From the human T2T-CHM13v2.0 reference genome, Homo sapiens, in assembly GCA_009914755.4 (NCBI GenBank), contig CP068257.2, positions 43,104,001-43,168,000 of the forward strand: a DNA stretch of 64,000 bases. The letters run 5' to 3'. Shown here piece by piece: positions 1 to 12,468 of the stretch (its first letter is position 1; every line of letters begins with the position of its first letter). A program made the position numbers and the translations under genes. The notes under the pieces are model-generated. The model was given only the letters and a program-made list of their open reading frames with translations, searched no databases and was not told the origin of the DNA.

Positions 1-2869
1 ACTGAACTAATAGAAAACTGAAGTAATATTTTTTACTTTTGCTTGGAAAATTGCTGATCCTTTTGTTTTTAGAGTCAAGGAAACATTTTGAGCTATTTAT
101 GGCCTTTAATAACTAAGTAAGGTATACTACTGTGAACACAATTTGGAACATATTTGTCTCTCTCTCTGCCTGGCTTCTCCGGGATTTGGAAACTAGTTGT
201 AAGTATTCTTAACTTATGACAATATAGTTGTTTGCATCAGTGCAATAAGAATCCATTTTCTTTTGCAACAAGACACAATTGGAGAAACTGGTTGTTTTAC
301 CAAGGCTTTGACTAGAAGGGTATGCTCACCTTTAAGGAGTCAAGCTCGATTTGCAGAGCCAACAAAAGACCCTTGGGAAAACTGGCCTCATAACTGGTCT
401 ACACAGTCCCCATACAGGGTTCCTAACCTGTGGTGAGTAAAGCATGTCACTTTCTAACAGGTCCAGGAACTCCATGCTATTGGGACCTCAAGAAGAGAGT
501 TGTTTACCCAGCTTACAAGTATTTGAGGGTACAATCTCAGCTTTAGAAAGGCCTATCTGAGATTCCTTGTGAAACAGAGTTCCATCAAAGCCCATGTAAA
601 TCTAAAAGGCCCACGTTAAAATAATTATGCTTGCTGCTCTTTATGCAAATAATCAGGCCAAGTATAAGACTAAAGTCTGTTTTGCAAACAACTCAGTCCT
701 ATCATGATTTGTTTTTAAAAATGAGGACTGGAGAGAGACATTATGTTTCAAAACTTATCATACGTTTGTCATTAAACTCTAGACTCATTCGTTGTTTTTG
801 CGTTTTGCCTACATTTTAGACTAACCCTGCTTATTCCTGTGAACCAACCAGCCATCTCCAACTGCAGCTCAGAAGGAACAAAAGGGGATGGGTAATGTAA
901 AAATCTGGATCCATATTTAATTCTGAGCAATGATCCTGCAAATCCTGCCAGGTGATGGGAATAAATATAGTGCCCATCACCTGGAGGTTTCCTTTTTGTG
1001 AAAGTAAGACCAAGGGAGCTAACCAAAGCCAAGCCCCATGCACCCAGACCTTAGCAAGCATAACTATATCCACCAGTTATCAGGGCATGTCACAGGACAT
1101 CCTTTTCTCTCCCTTGTTGGAGGAGGACTCAATTCCGCAGCTTCACCTTACCATTCAGCCTATGATAAGGAGTCCATGCAACCTCCTCGAGACACATTTT
1201 TGTCCCAAACTCAATTTCAACCTTTGGGTCAAAGCCCTAGAAAAGAAAATTGGATCTGAAGGACCCAGAGGCAGATGATAATGAAGTTAAAAGGCACAGC
1301 ACAGGTGAGTGATTCCTGCAGGTTAAGCCAAGCCTCCCGTTTCATGGATAAAGGTCATGCTAGTATCCAAGGCATAAGCGAGGTCTAGGCAATTCAGAGG
1401 CTACTGATAGCAAGGGAAATAGGACGAACATGGGTGAGAGCAGATACTCCCACCCCCTAGGCCCCCCTGGTAACATGGGTAAAAGCCGATTTGACACCCA
1501 TAGGTGGCACCCTGTTGTGGTCACTGGGACCCAGGGATATGAGGATGGAAGAAGAAAGAAGGTTGCCTCACTTTATCTCCCTCACATACCCCAGGTATTT
1601 GCTAGGAAGAGAAGGGAACCTGGGATGCCTCAATTCCCTCCTTCTAGTGGGTAGCCATCCATCTTCATCTGTACCCCTTTTAAATGCATCCTGACCCCCT
1701 GGGACTCCTTTGAAAAAAAAAAACCCTTCTTTTTTTCCTATCTCTTCCTCTGTCCTGTCTTCATAGATAGGTAATTGTGTCTCTGTACAATGGGACACTC
1801 CCCTCAGATGCATCCTCCAAACTGGGAAAAGTTAATTTCCCAAACCTTAAACTGGTTGGCTTAGGACCGGACTCAGGGGAAGGGATCCCAGAAGAGCAAC
1901 ATGCCGGCAAAAGGGTCAAGGTTTTATTTTTTATTATTACTTTTTATTTTTTTAACCAGTTGGGTTTTTGGCCTCCCTCTCCTTCTACAGTTTGGGAAAA
2001 GGCCTCAGGATTTTTGAGTTGTCCTTAACCCCCAATTATTTCATTTCAATACATGTTTTCTAATAACCTAGTTTGTCTCCTCTCGCCTTCAGGCCATCAA
2101 ACTCCAATCGGTCTTGCAAGGGGAGCCTTGGACGGTAGCCTTCTGCTGGGAACCCTTAAATAGGCCTCTGAGGGAGCTCTGACTGCTGTTTCCCCAAAAC
2201 AGTGCCCCTGTCAGCAGGAAGCAATTAAGACTTCGTCCTTATTCTTATCCTTATTCTAACACCAATTAGATGTACTTCTTTAGAGGGGGAATGACAGCTG
2301 CAGGAGACAGATGAGGGAAGCTGCCCAGGGCTTTGTCTGCACATGCCCACAACGGACTGGGGACCCACCTGCATACTGGGAAGATGCGGTGGAGCCATGG
2401 GAAGTTTGGGCCTTATGCACGGGGAGCCTTGTCTCTGGCTCATGTGTGGTGGCCTGGAATTCAATCTGTGTGGTGAGAGCCTGTTGGCAGGACCTCTTCT
2501 TTTGCTGAGAGCTTTTTGTTAGTAAATTCTGCTTTCCTCACCTTTCAGCGTGTTCACGTGCCTAACTTCTTCCTGGTTGTGGGATAAGAACCCAGGTTTT
2601 CGCTGAGCTAAGGAGAAGTTGTGTATCGATGACACATGGACTGCGTGAATACTACATGGAGTGTGGACATGTGAACTATGGAAAAATCCCACCTAAGCAG
2701 GAGACGCAATTTCCAAACAATTACCTACTTCACTTTTCAGTATTTTATTAAATATTATGTTTGTGCTGTTAGCAGAAAAATCAAACTCTGTAAAATTAAA
2801 TTTTAAAGAGATATTCTGAGCCAACATGGCTGATGATGACCCATGGAAACACAGTCTCATGAGGCCTGA

Positions 2870-3199
<330 letters not shown>

Positions 3200-4529
3200 A
3201 TGGTTTGGTTTTATACGTTTCAGGGAGACAAGAGTTATAGGCAAAGACATATATCAATACATGGAAGGTATACATTGGTTCAGCCCGAAAATGAATGTGA
3301 AAGGAAAATCAATCTTGGGGCCCCAAAATCACTAAGCTAAAGGGAAAATTCAAGCTGGGAACTGCTTAGGTTAAACCTGCCTCCCATTCTATTCTGCCGA
3401 GACCAGCTCGGTCGGAGAGACCCTAACCCAGCAGCACTAGAGGAATTAAAGACACACACACAGAAATATAGAGGTGTGGAGTGGGAAATCAGGGGTCTCA
3501 CAGCCTTCAGAGCTAAGAGCCTTGAACAGAGATGAGATTTACCCACGTATTTATTGACAGCAAGCCAGCGATAGGCAGTTTCTATAGATTACAGATTAAC
3601 TAAAATTATTCCTTACAGGAAACAAAGGGATGGGCCGAAATAAAGGGATGGGCTCTGGCTAGTTATCTGCAGCAGGAGCATGTCCTTAAGGCACAGATCG
3701 CTCATGCTATTTTTTGTGGTTTAATAACGCCTTTAAGCGGTTTTCCGCCCTGGGTGGGCCAGGTGTTCCTCACCCTCATTCCGGTAAACCCACAACCTTC
3801 CAGCGTGGGCGTCATGGCCATCACGAACATGTCACAGTGCTGCAGAGATTTTGTTTATGGCCAGTTTTAGGGCAAGTTTATGGCCAGATTTTGGGGGCCT
3901 ATTCCCAATACTATTCAAAGTCATCCCTCTGCTCACTGAGGTAAGTGCGTATCTGATTGCTTCCTTTGGAAAGGCTAATCAGAAACTCAAAAGAACGCAA
4001 CCATTTGTCTCTTATCTACCTATAACCTGTAAGCCACCCCCTCCCCACTTTGAGGTGTCCCACCTTTGCTTCAAGTTGTCCTGCCTTTCTGGACCAAATC
4101 AATGTTCATCTTAGACATATTGTTGGATGTCTCATGTCTCCCTAAAATGTTTAAAATCAAGCTTGCTCCAACCATCTTGGGCACATGTCAGGACCCCTTG
4201 AGGTTGTGTTACGGGCAGGTGTCCTTAACCCTGGCAAAATAAAATTTCTAAAATGGCTGAGACCTGCCTCAGATATTTGGGGTCACAGGCAGAATACTGT
4301 GAATGGGGGGCTTAGAGGTTGTAGGTAGATTCAGAGATTATTTCATTTGCAATTGGTTAAAGGAATAAAGCTTTGTATAAAAATTTGGAGCAGGCAGAAA
4401 AGAATGTTTAACATCAGGAAGTCTTCGAACCAATACACTGGGTCAGTGTGACCTACGGGGTGTGTGACTTAACCCTTGTCTGGCATGAGCTTAGGTCCTG
4501 TTTATACTTCGTCAGTTTTGGGGCATTGT

Positions 4530-4618
4530 TTTGAGACAGGGTCTTGCTCTGTCACCCAGGCTGCAGTGCAGTGGCGCGACCATGGCTCACTGCATCCTGG
4601 AACTCCTGGGCTCAAGGG
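4530..4618 (-). mobile_element. Alu fragment (right arm only)
   Basis: ttgagacagggtcttgctctgtcacccaggctgcagtgcagtggcgcgac... partial Alu, antisense. Confidence 0.75.
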
Positions 4619-5486
4619 CTTTTTGCGCCAGGAAAGAAGTATGTTTTTCAGGTTTTTCTTGGGTCCCCTTGGCCAAGAGGAGGTCCATTCAATTGTTGGG
4701 GGGCTTCCAATTTTATTTTTAGTTAACAGTGCAGTTTGATACATTTTTGTGTTAATATTTAAGGGAAAATCCAGAGAAAAAAATAAAAACATATATTTAG
4801 CACTTAGATCCTTATGTTCATAGAATTTTTTGAACTTTCATTTCAATTAATATATCTATTTTTTGTTGCAAATGAGTGTGATGAGCAACAAAAGACTTTC
4901 TGGAATAGAAACACCTCTTTTACAACCGTGAGGAAGCAGATCCTCTGTGTCTTTGGAAAACGAGATCACGTTCCATGGTATTCTCCGGGCCTTCGGTCCT
5001 TTTACTCTCCCTGGCCCTTGCAGAAGGCTGGCTTAGCGGGGTCTGAGTCCACTGAGCCCTGTGCCGCCACCTATGTTAGACCCCGCAGGGCATCAGCAGC
5101 TCTCAGGGGGCCCCAGCCCAGGCCTGAGTCAGCCTCTCGGAGGCCACCAGCTGCGTTCACCAGGCGCCAAGGTCGGGAAGCACGGCTCTAGGGCAGAGCC
5201 TCTCAAATGCTCTCCCGGACCAGCCCCAGGGCTATCACCTGGGAACGCATTAGAAATGCAAATTCTCAGGCCCCACCCAGCCCTTCGGAGTCAGCAGGCC
5301 GGGCTGGGGCCAGCCCTGTCTTAACAAGCCTCGGAGTAGCTCCGATTCTCTCTATGGACTGGGAACCAGTGCTGCGGCTTCAGGGAGAAATTCAGCCACA
5401 CTGAGACCAGCACCGTAAGCCATTTGGAAAGTGGGGGCAGTGGATGAGGAGGGGCAGTGGCAGGCAGGGGAATGAAGCCCAGGTTG

Positions 5487-6229
5487 ACGAGAAGAGTGAA
5501 ATTTGAGTAACTGCAAGGAAAGGCCAAGAATCCCACAGTCAGCTCACGGCCTTGGACGTGGCTCACAGACAGGCAGGGGGAGACTTCGCAGGCTTCAGAG
5601 GGTGTCAGGGACCAGGACCCTGGAAGCAAAGGTTGGGAGCAAGGAAGCAGCGCGACCCCTCACACCCCACCTGGAGGCCTGGGTCGGGCCTGGGCGCCGG
5701 CACAGAGCTGGTGAACAGACATCCTTGGGGGAGCTCCCGCTGCAAGCACTGCGGCTGCCCAGGCAGGTCGGGGGAGACCCGGGTTCGGCTTCTTTCCAGA
5801 CCTCGCAGTATTTCTGTGCCCTCACCTGGCTGTGAGCCACAGGTTCAGAGAGAGGCCAGGATTGGGGCAAGGGAGCCCAAGGAGAAGGCCGGATCCCCTC
5901 ACGGGGGTGGCCCTGGATTCCTTGGCTGGGCAGAGCGTCACTGGGGATCTCCAGACAAGGGACACAGGCTTTGATTAAGGGGCCCCAGCGAGGATGTCTG
6001 TTCACCAGCTCCATGTCGGCGCCTTGGGCCCACCGAGGCCTCCAGGTGGGGTGTGAGGGGTGGCGCTGCTTCCTTGCTCCTAACCTTTGCTTCCAGGGTC
6101 CAGGTCCCTGACACCCTCTGAAGCCGGCGAGGTCTCCCCGTCCCTGCCTGTGGGCCACGTCCAAGGCTGTGAGCTGACTGCGGAATTCTTGGCCTTTCCT
6201 TGCAGTTACTCAAATTTCACTCCTTCTGG
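5487..6229. repeat. Inverted duplication: arms ~5487-5728 and ~5988-6229 (about 90% identical reverse complements), ~260-bp spacer
   Basis: Near-identical ORF translations on opposite strands (5503-5835+ vs 5938-6213-; 5321-5629- vs 6087-...+). Arm junctions gagctggtgaacagacatcc / ggatgtctgttcaccagctc. Confidence 0.8.
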
Positions 6230-6340
6230 GCTGGTCCAGGAGACCCCAGCTTGGGACAGGGCCTGTGGCCCCTCCAGCAGCACGCACTGTGCCCACCCGC
6301 CACTGGTGAGGAGATTCCAGGAGAAACACTGCCACCCAAG

Positions 6341-6682
6341 CAGCACCCCACATGGCTGGCCTCCCCGCACCGGGCCGGCACCCCACAGTGCCAGTCACCC
6401 ACCCCACTTGGCTGGCCTCTCTACACCGGGCCGGCACCCCACAGCGCCAGTCACCCACCCCACACGGCTGGTCTCCCCGCACCGGGCTGGCACCCTGCAA
6501 CGCCAGTCACCCACCCCACGCAGCTGGCATCCCTGCACCGGGCCGGCATCCCACAACGCCAGTCACCCACCCCACGCGGCTGGCCTCCCTGCACCGGGCT
6601 GGCACCCCGCAACGCCAGTCACCCACCCCACGAAGCTGGCCTCCCCGCACCGGTGCCAGCACCCCGCCGCGCCAATCACCCA
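6341..6682. repeat. Minisatellite, ~60-bp unit x ~5.7 (CACCCACCCCACRCGGCTGGCCTCCCCGCACCGGGCCGGCACCCCACAACGCCAGT)
   Basis: Direct tandem copies are visible. The unit start cacccaccccac recurs every 60 bp. Confidence 0.85.
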
Positions 6683-7009
6683 GAGTCCTCCTGCCCCAGG
6701 AATGAAACCATCCTCAGGCCGGGCGCTGTGTCCTCAGTGGTGGTGTCTAGGGATGGGGTACACAGCCCAGCCTCTGCCCAGGGCTCGGAAGCCCTTGGCC
6801 AAATCCCGGCTACTCCCTGCTCCGGCAGGCTGAGCGATGCCCGTGCATGCTGAGCCAACCAACCAACAAATGTCCCTGCCTTGTGTGCCGTGTGCATGCC
6901 AGGGCGGACGGCCTGCTTGCTATGGATGTGGGGCTCCCTGCAACCCCATGAGGCCCTGCAGCAGCCTGGCTGTGTCCCCGCACCCCTGTGTGTTGGCAGA
7001 GGTCAACAC

Positions 7010-7203
7010 CACCGGACCCCTCCACGCTGGCCCCCTGCCTCTCCATTCCCGCTTCCTCCCTGTGAACGCGCTGTCATTCCCGCTTCCTCCCTGTGAACGT
7101 GCTGTCATACCGACCCCTCCACACTGGCCCCCTGCCTCTCCATCCCCGCTTCCTCCCTGTGAATGTGCTGTCATTCCCGCTTCCTCCCTGTGAACGTGCT
7201 GTG
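7010..7203. repeat. Tandem duplication of a ~97-bp unit, each containing two 31-bp subunits (CATTCCCGCTTCCTCCCTGTGAACGTGCTGT)
   Basis: Direct sequence repetition is visible. Confidence 0.8.
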
Positions 7204-8280
7204 CCCTAAAGCCATGCTTCCTCCAAAGGCTGCACTCCATCCGCCCAGGTGATAAGAGTCGCTCAGACACTGTTGCTTATACGGCCGCACACACATCTCT
7301 AGCTGGTTTCTTGTTCCAATAATACTGGTATTTTTAAAAGCAAATTTGATTCCTTGATCCACCGTGGCTGGGTGTTTTGTAAAAGGTAGAATTAAATACC
7401 AGGTGTGTGTTAGATAATTGAACCAAGCTCACAAGGCACAGGTCAGTGAGTGTGACAATTGTCAGAGGCAGGCAGAGACCGTGATGGCCTCGGCTCTTAC
7501 AGAGAACATTCCCCAAGGGAGCAAAGCCTGGCAGGAGGCCTCCCTTGGAATTCACCGGAAACTTCAGATGCCAGTTACAGGGGAGCATCGAAACCGAGAA
7601 TGCCGCATTTATGCCCAGGCCCTCGCCCGCAGCGACCTAACCCCTTCCAGAGGCTCTGCTGGCTGGGGCTTGCACCTCTTCCCTGCAGCCGCTGGAGATC
7701 CCATGTCTGTTCCTGCACCCCGCAGGGTGAACCTTCAGAGGCCCAGCGCCAGGGTCCCTGTGCTGCTGAGAATGAAACCCGCCCTTGGGGGATGAAGTGC
7801 CTCTCCACCAGCTCCGGGGTCACAGTGTCGCTAAAACATCCGGCTGGGCTCTGCAAAACGGCGTCTTGGGGGCACAGCCTCTTCACAGCCACGGGGCCTC
7901 CCGGGAGGAGCACAGGCTTCTGGGTGTGCTCTGTCCCTGGGACCCTCAGCTCACAGGCCAGGAGGTGGGACCCCGGTGGCTGAGGAAATGGCCACACGCT
8001 CCCCATGTCCCGTGCGACTGCTATGGAAAGAGGTGATTCCCAAAAGGAAATGGGGGAGGGGGCGCCACCCAAATCAGGGAGAATGGGTGCTGTGGCCGAA
8101 TACACAAACGTGTCGCCGTAGCATCTCACAGGCCCCACATCCAAAACAGGCCCCACATCCATTGCTCCAAACCTGCTCCCGGCCCCTCGGTCCTCCCCAT
8201 GGCTCCAGCCGCCCCCTGCCCGGTGTCCCACTGGCAAGCCCTCGTCCTCCCTTTCTCCCTCCGCCCCCTCCAAGCCATTG

Positions 8281-8400
8281 GCCCATCCTGTGGATTCCAC
8301 TCCGAATCCAACTCAGATTAATCAGCACAACCTGTGGACTCCACTTTGCATCCATCTCGGATCAATCGGCCCATCCTGTGGACTCCACTCCGAATCCATC
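8281..8400. repeat. ~45-bp tandem repeat x ~3 (CCATCCTGTGGACTCCACTCCGAATCCA...)
   Basis: Direct repetition is visible. Confidence 0.7.
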
Positions 8401-8989
8401 TTGAGTGCACCTGCTGTCTCCCTCTCCATAGTGCCCCCTGGCGCCCCCGCCCCCACTTAAGCCTCCAGCCTCCCAGCCTCCCAGCCTCCTCCTCCCTCAA
8501 CCCGACTCACCAGCAAGAGGGACCCCTTGAAGACCCGAGTCCCAGCGTGCGGCTCCTCAACCTCTTCCAGTCTCTCCTCGCAGGAGGGTAAGCTCCAAAC
8601 CCCCAGGCTGCCCGACGGAGCCCACGGCACCAGACTTCTCCCCACCAGCTCTGCCCAGGAGGCCTCTGCAGGAGGCCCCGGCCCGCTGGCTCCTGGACCC
8701 CTCACCCTCTGCTCAGCCCGGCCTTTGCCTGTGATGCTCCCAGAACGACCCTTTACAGCTACTGCAGATGGGAAGCCCCCTCCCCCCCGCCCGGGGCTGT
8801 GTGGGTTCATGGGGTGTGCCCTGGGCCGCTCCTCACCGCCTGGAGCGCTGGATGCTCCCTTCATCCATTTTCACTTGTGTATCGTCCATCTCCCCAAATC
8901 CACGAGGCCCACAGCTGCCGAGCGTTTTCTCCACTGTTATCCTAGCACCAAGCACAATGCCGGCCACCTGATGGGTAGTAAATAAGTGT

Positions 8990-9105
8990 AGAGAGAAAGA
9001 GAGGGAGAGAGGGAGAAACAGGAAGGAGGGAGAGTGGGAGGGAGAGAGGAAGGAAGGGAGGGAGGGACAAAGGGAAAGAGGGGGGAAGGAAAAGGGAACT
9101 TGTAA
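8990..9105. repeat. Polypurine (GA/GGA-rich) simple repeat
   Basis: ~115 nt that is nearly all A/G on the + strand. Confidence 0.85.
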
Positions 9106-9247
9106 ACTTCTAACATTTAACAATTTGTTGGCAGCTTACTGCATAAAGATGTGATTTTTGGCAACAGGAGCCAGGAAATGCTCAGTGCTGCTTCATGTGC
9201 TGAGCCTCTGCCACTGCACATGGCCTCACTGCCCGGGGCCGACAAGC

Positions 9248-9400
9248 TATGTGTGCACGCGAGAGTGCATGTGTGTCCATGAATGCGTGTGAGCGTGAGT
9301 GCACGTGCATGTGTGAGTGCGTGTGCACGCATGCTTGTGTGCATGTGTGCTGTGTGTGCACGTGTATGTGCATGTGAGGGTATGTGCATGTGTGTGAGTG
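9248..9400. repeat. Alternating purine-pyrimidine simple repeat (GTGCAT/GTGTGC-type)
   Basis: gtgtgcacgcg...gtgcacgtgcatgtgtgagtgcgtgtgcacgcatg... Confidence 0.8.
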
Positions 9401-10608
9401 TACCTGTCTAACCAGCAACAGCCTCATTAGATTCCAAGGCTGCGTGAGTCACCTCCTGCCACAGGTAATTAAAACTGGGGAAAGGCCTGTGGCTTTGAAT
9501 GGGGCAGATAGAATCTAGCCAGATAAAGGAAATGATTGCATCTCCAGGTGGCTGAAGGGGAGGAAGCTGGACTCATTCCGAGTGTGACTCCAGGTTTTCA
9601 AGTGTAAAACACGAGGAGATGTCAGTCGGGTGCCACTGCTAATGAGGCAGCCCACAACTGGTCTCGACGTGCGTCTGTGCCTGTAAAAGATGAAAGTGCA
9701 GCAGCACCCTGAGAAATCACACATCTTCGCCGTCAGTACCGCTCAGGGCCCCAGCTACCTGTTCTGCGTGTCTGTGGCTGGGCCGTGTCTTCGTAGTAGA
9801 ATCCCGTGTCAAAGCACCCACCCTCAGAGGCTCCTGGGGGAGGCCCGGTTCTGTCCGGCAGCATGGGAGAGAGATGGTGCTGATGAAGAGGACAACACGG
9901 GGCTGTCTGCAGAGCACCTGCCACGCGCCAGGCTCTGTGTCCACAAGCACGGCGGCTGCTCCCACATGACAGAGCTCGTGTGGCAGCTCCAGGACTGTCT
10001 GGTGCCAGAGCCCCAGCTCTCCGCCAGCCCCAGGCCACTGTGCGAGGCCCTCAGTGAAGAGGGGGCCGTGGCTTTGACTGCAGGATGCACGGGCTCGGGG
10101 TCGGTTTCAGTCAATCCTTGATTTCTCATCGTTGCAGCTTCTCAGAGGAGTCAGTTCACAACGAGCAGAACAGCTTCCTGGAGAATCCTCCACACAGGAG
10201 GTAACCATGGAAAAAGTGTCTACATATGGCTCTGATATGAAAAACTAAGCTCTGGACTTAAAACAGTGTAGCAGTCCATAAACCAGAGAGGTGAAGTGAA
10301 GAGACCCACCTGAGTGTGTGCAGCAGCAGCCCAGGCCGTCTGTGCCCTCCTCATGCTGAAGACCTTTCCAGAGCTCGAAAAACACGTCTAAAACCTCGTG
10401 AATACCATCAAAGAGGTAACAAGCCAGTGAGCACTCCTGGGTCAAGACCCAAGAGAGGATAGAAAGTCAAGAGATGGGCCCAGGGTTTGGAACCGCTTTG
10501 CTCTGGAGGTATTTGACAACCTGCAGGAGGCAGCTAAGTAACTGAGCTGAGTCGCCCATGACCTGGAGAACAGGAACTGAGGTCTGCCCAACAAAGGTGG
10601 GTGCCCCA

Positions 10609-10936
<328 letters not shown>

Positions 10937-11950
10937 TCATGCCAGGACCCAGAAGGGTTGCATTCTAGGACCAGGGTGAGCAGAATACAAATTAGCCCTT
11001 GCACAGCCTGCAGCCTGGCTTCTAGGCATTCAGGCCAGGAAAACATCAAACCCAGAAATTATGTTAAGGCAATCTCCAAATACTGATGCCAGCAGGCACC
11101 TAGCAGAAGCCATTTGTAAAATCCTATCTGGAAGAAAATAACACTATACCAGGCCTCAAATTATTTTTTATGAATAAGTTTTCAAATAAAATGCCCAGAA
11201 TATAAAGATGACCAAGCATACAAGGATACACAACCACATGAACAAAAACTGGCCAAAACAACAGAAAATAGACCCTCAAAGACTCCAGATTAGACATAGA
11301 TGTAAACATCTGGGCAAGCTTGGAAATTTTGGCAGGAAACTAGAAATTATGAAAAGTGGAATCTGCATGTTTGAAACACTACAAACAAATTGCCACAAAC
11401 TTAGAGGCTTAAAATAACATAATTTATTCTCACACAGTTCTGGAGGTCGGAAGATCAAAATGAGTCTCCCTGGACTATTCCAACATATTTTTAACTCCAA
11501 TCCCGGAAGGAAAGGGGAGAGAAAATGGGGAGAAAGGAACATTTAAACAGATACAAGCTGGCAATTTTCCAAAACTGATAAAATGCATCATTCTGCAGAT
11601 TTGAGAGACCAAGAGAAATCCAAGCTGGATAGATAAAAAGAAACACCATAGTGAAACTACAGAAAACTAAAGTCAAAGCATTACAGCAGCCAAAGAAAAC
11701 TGCAGACTTCCTTCAGAGGAGCCACAGGAAGCCGCACAGTGTTCATGGAAGCCAAGAGACAGTAGGGAGGCATTTCCGGTCCACTCCCAATCTACGATCC
11801 CCCACCACGCAAATGCCCCTGGATGCAACCTCTATTCTTTGTACAGCAGCTGGGTTGGTAAAATAGAAACTTCAATATCCTGCCACCTGGGGGACCACTC
11901 ATTCCCCAAACATTTAGAGGGGACTGTTCTGTATAACGGGTTAAATGTCT

Positions 11951-12001
11951 TCTGGGTGACAGAGCAAGGCCCTGTCTCAAAAAAAAAAAAAAAAAAAAAA
12001 A
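11951..12001 (+). mobile_element. Alu 3' end fragment with poly-A
   Basis: tgggtgacagagcaaggccctgtctcaaaaaaaa... Confidence 0.6.
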
Positions 12002-12102
12002 GAATACCATCTTGACCCTCTTTGTAATAATTTATTTGAGACCCTTTGAGACCACCCCCCCCCCCGTAAAAATTCAAATTACTTTTTAATTTGCAAAATT
12101 TA

Positions 12103-12468
<366 letters not shown>

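Noticed and set aside
5503-6213. Pair of near-identical ~100-aa ORFs on opposite strands that looked like a duplicated small gene
   Set aside because: The identity is at the DNA level (an inverted repeat). The 'proteins' are simply the same sequence read from the two arms.
6087-6853. 248-aa and 217-aa + strand ORFs (HPTWLASPHRAGTPQ... repeats)
   Set aside because: They are generated by the 60-bp minisatellite and GC-rich flank. They are repetitive, low-complexity and without gene structure.
7575-8300. 241-aa minus-strand ORF (a similar one is at 13736-14461)
   Set aside because: It is GC-rich intergenic DNA with Pro/Gly/Ala-rich low-complexity translation and no recognisable domain. Its length is expected by chance at this GC content.
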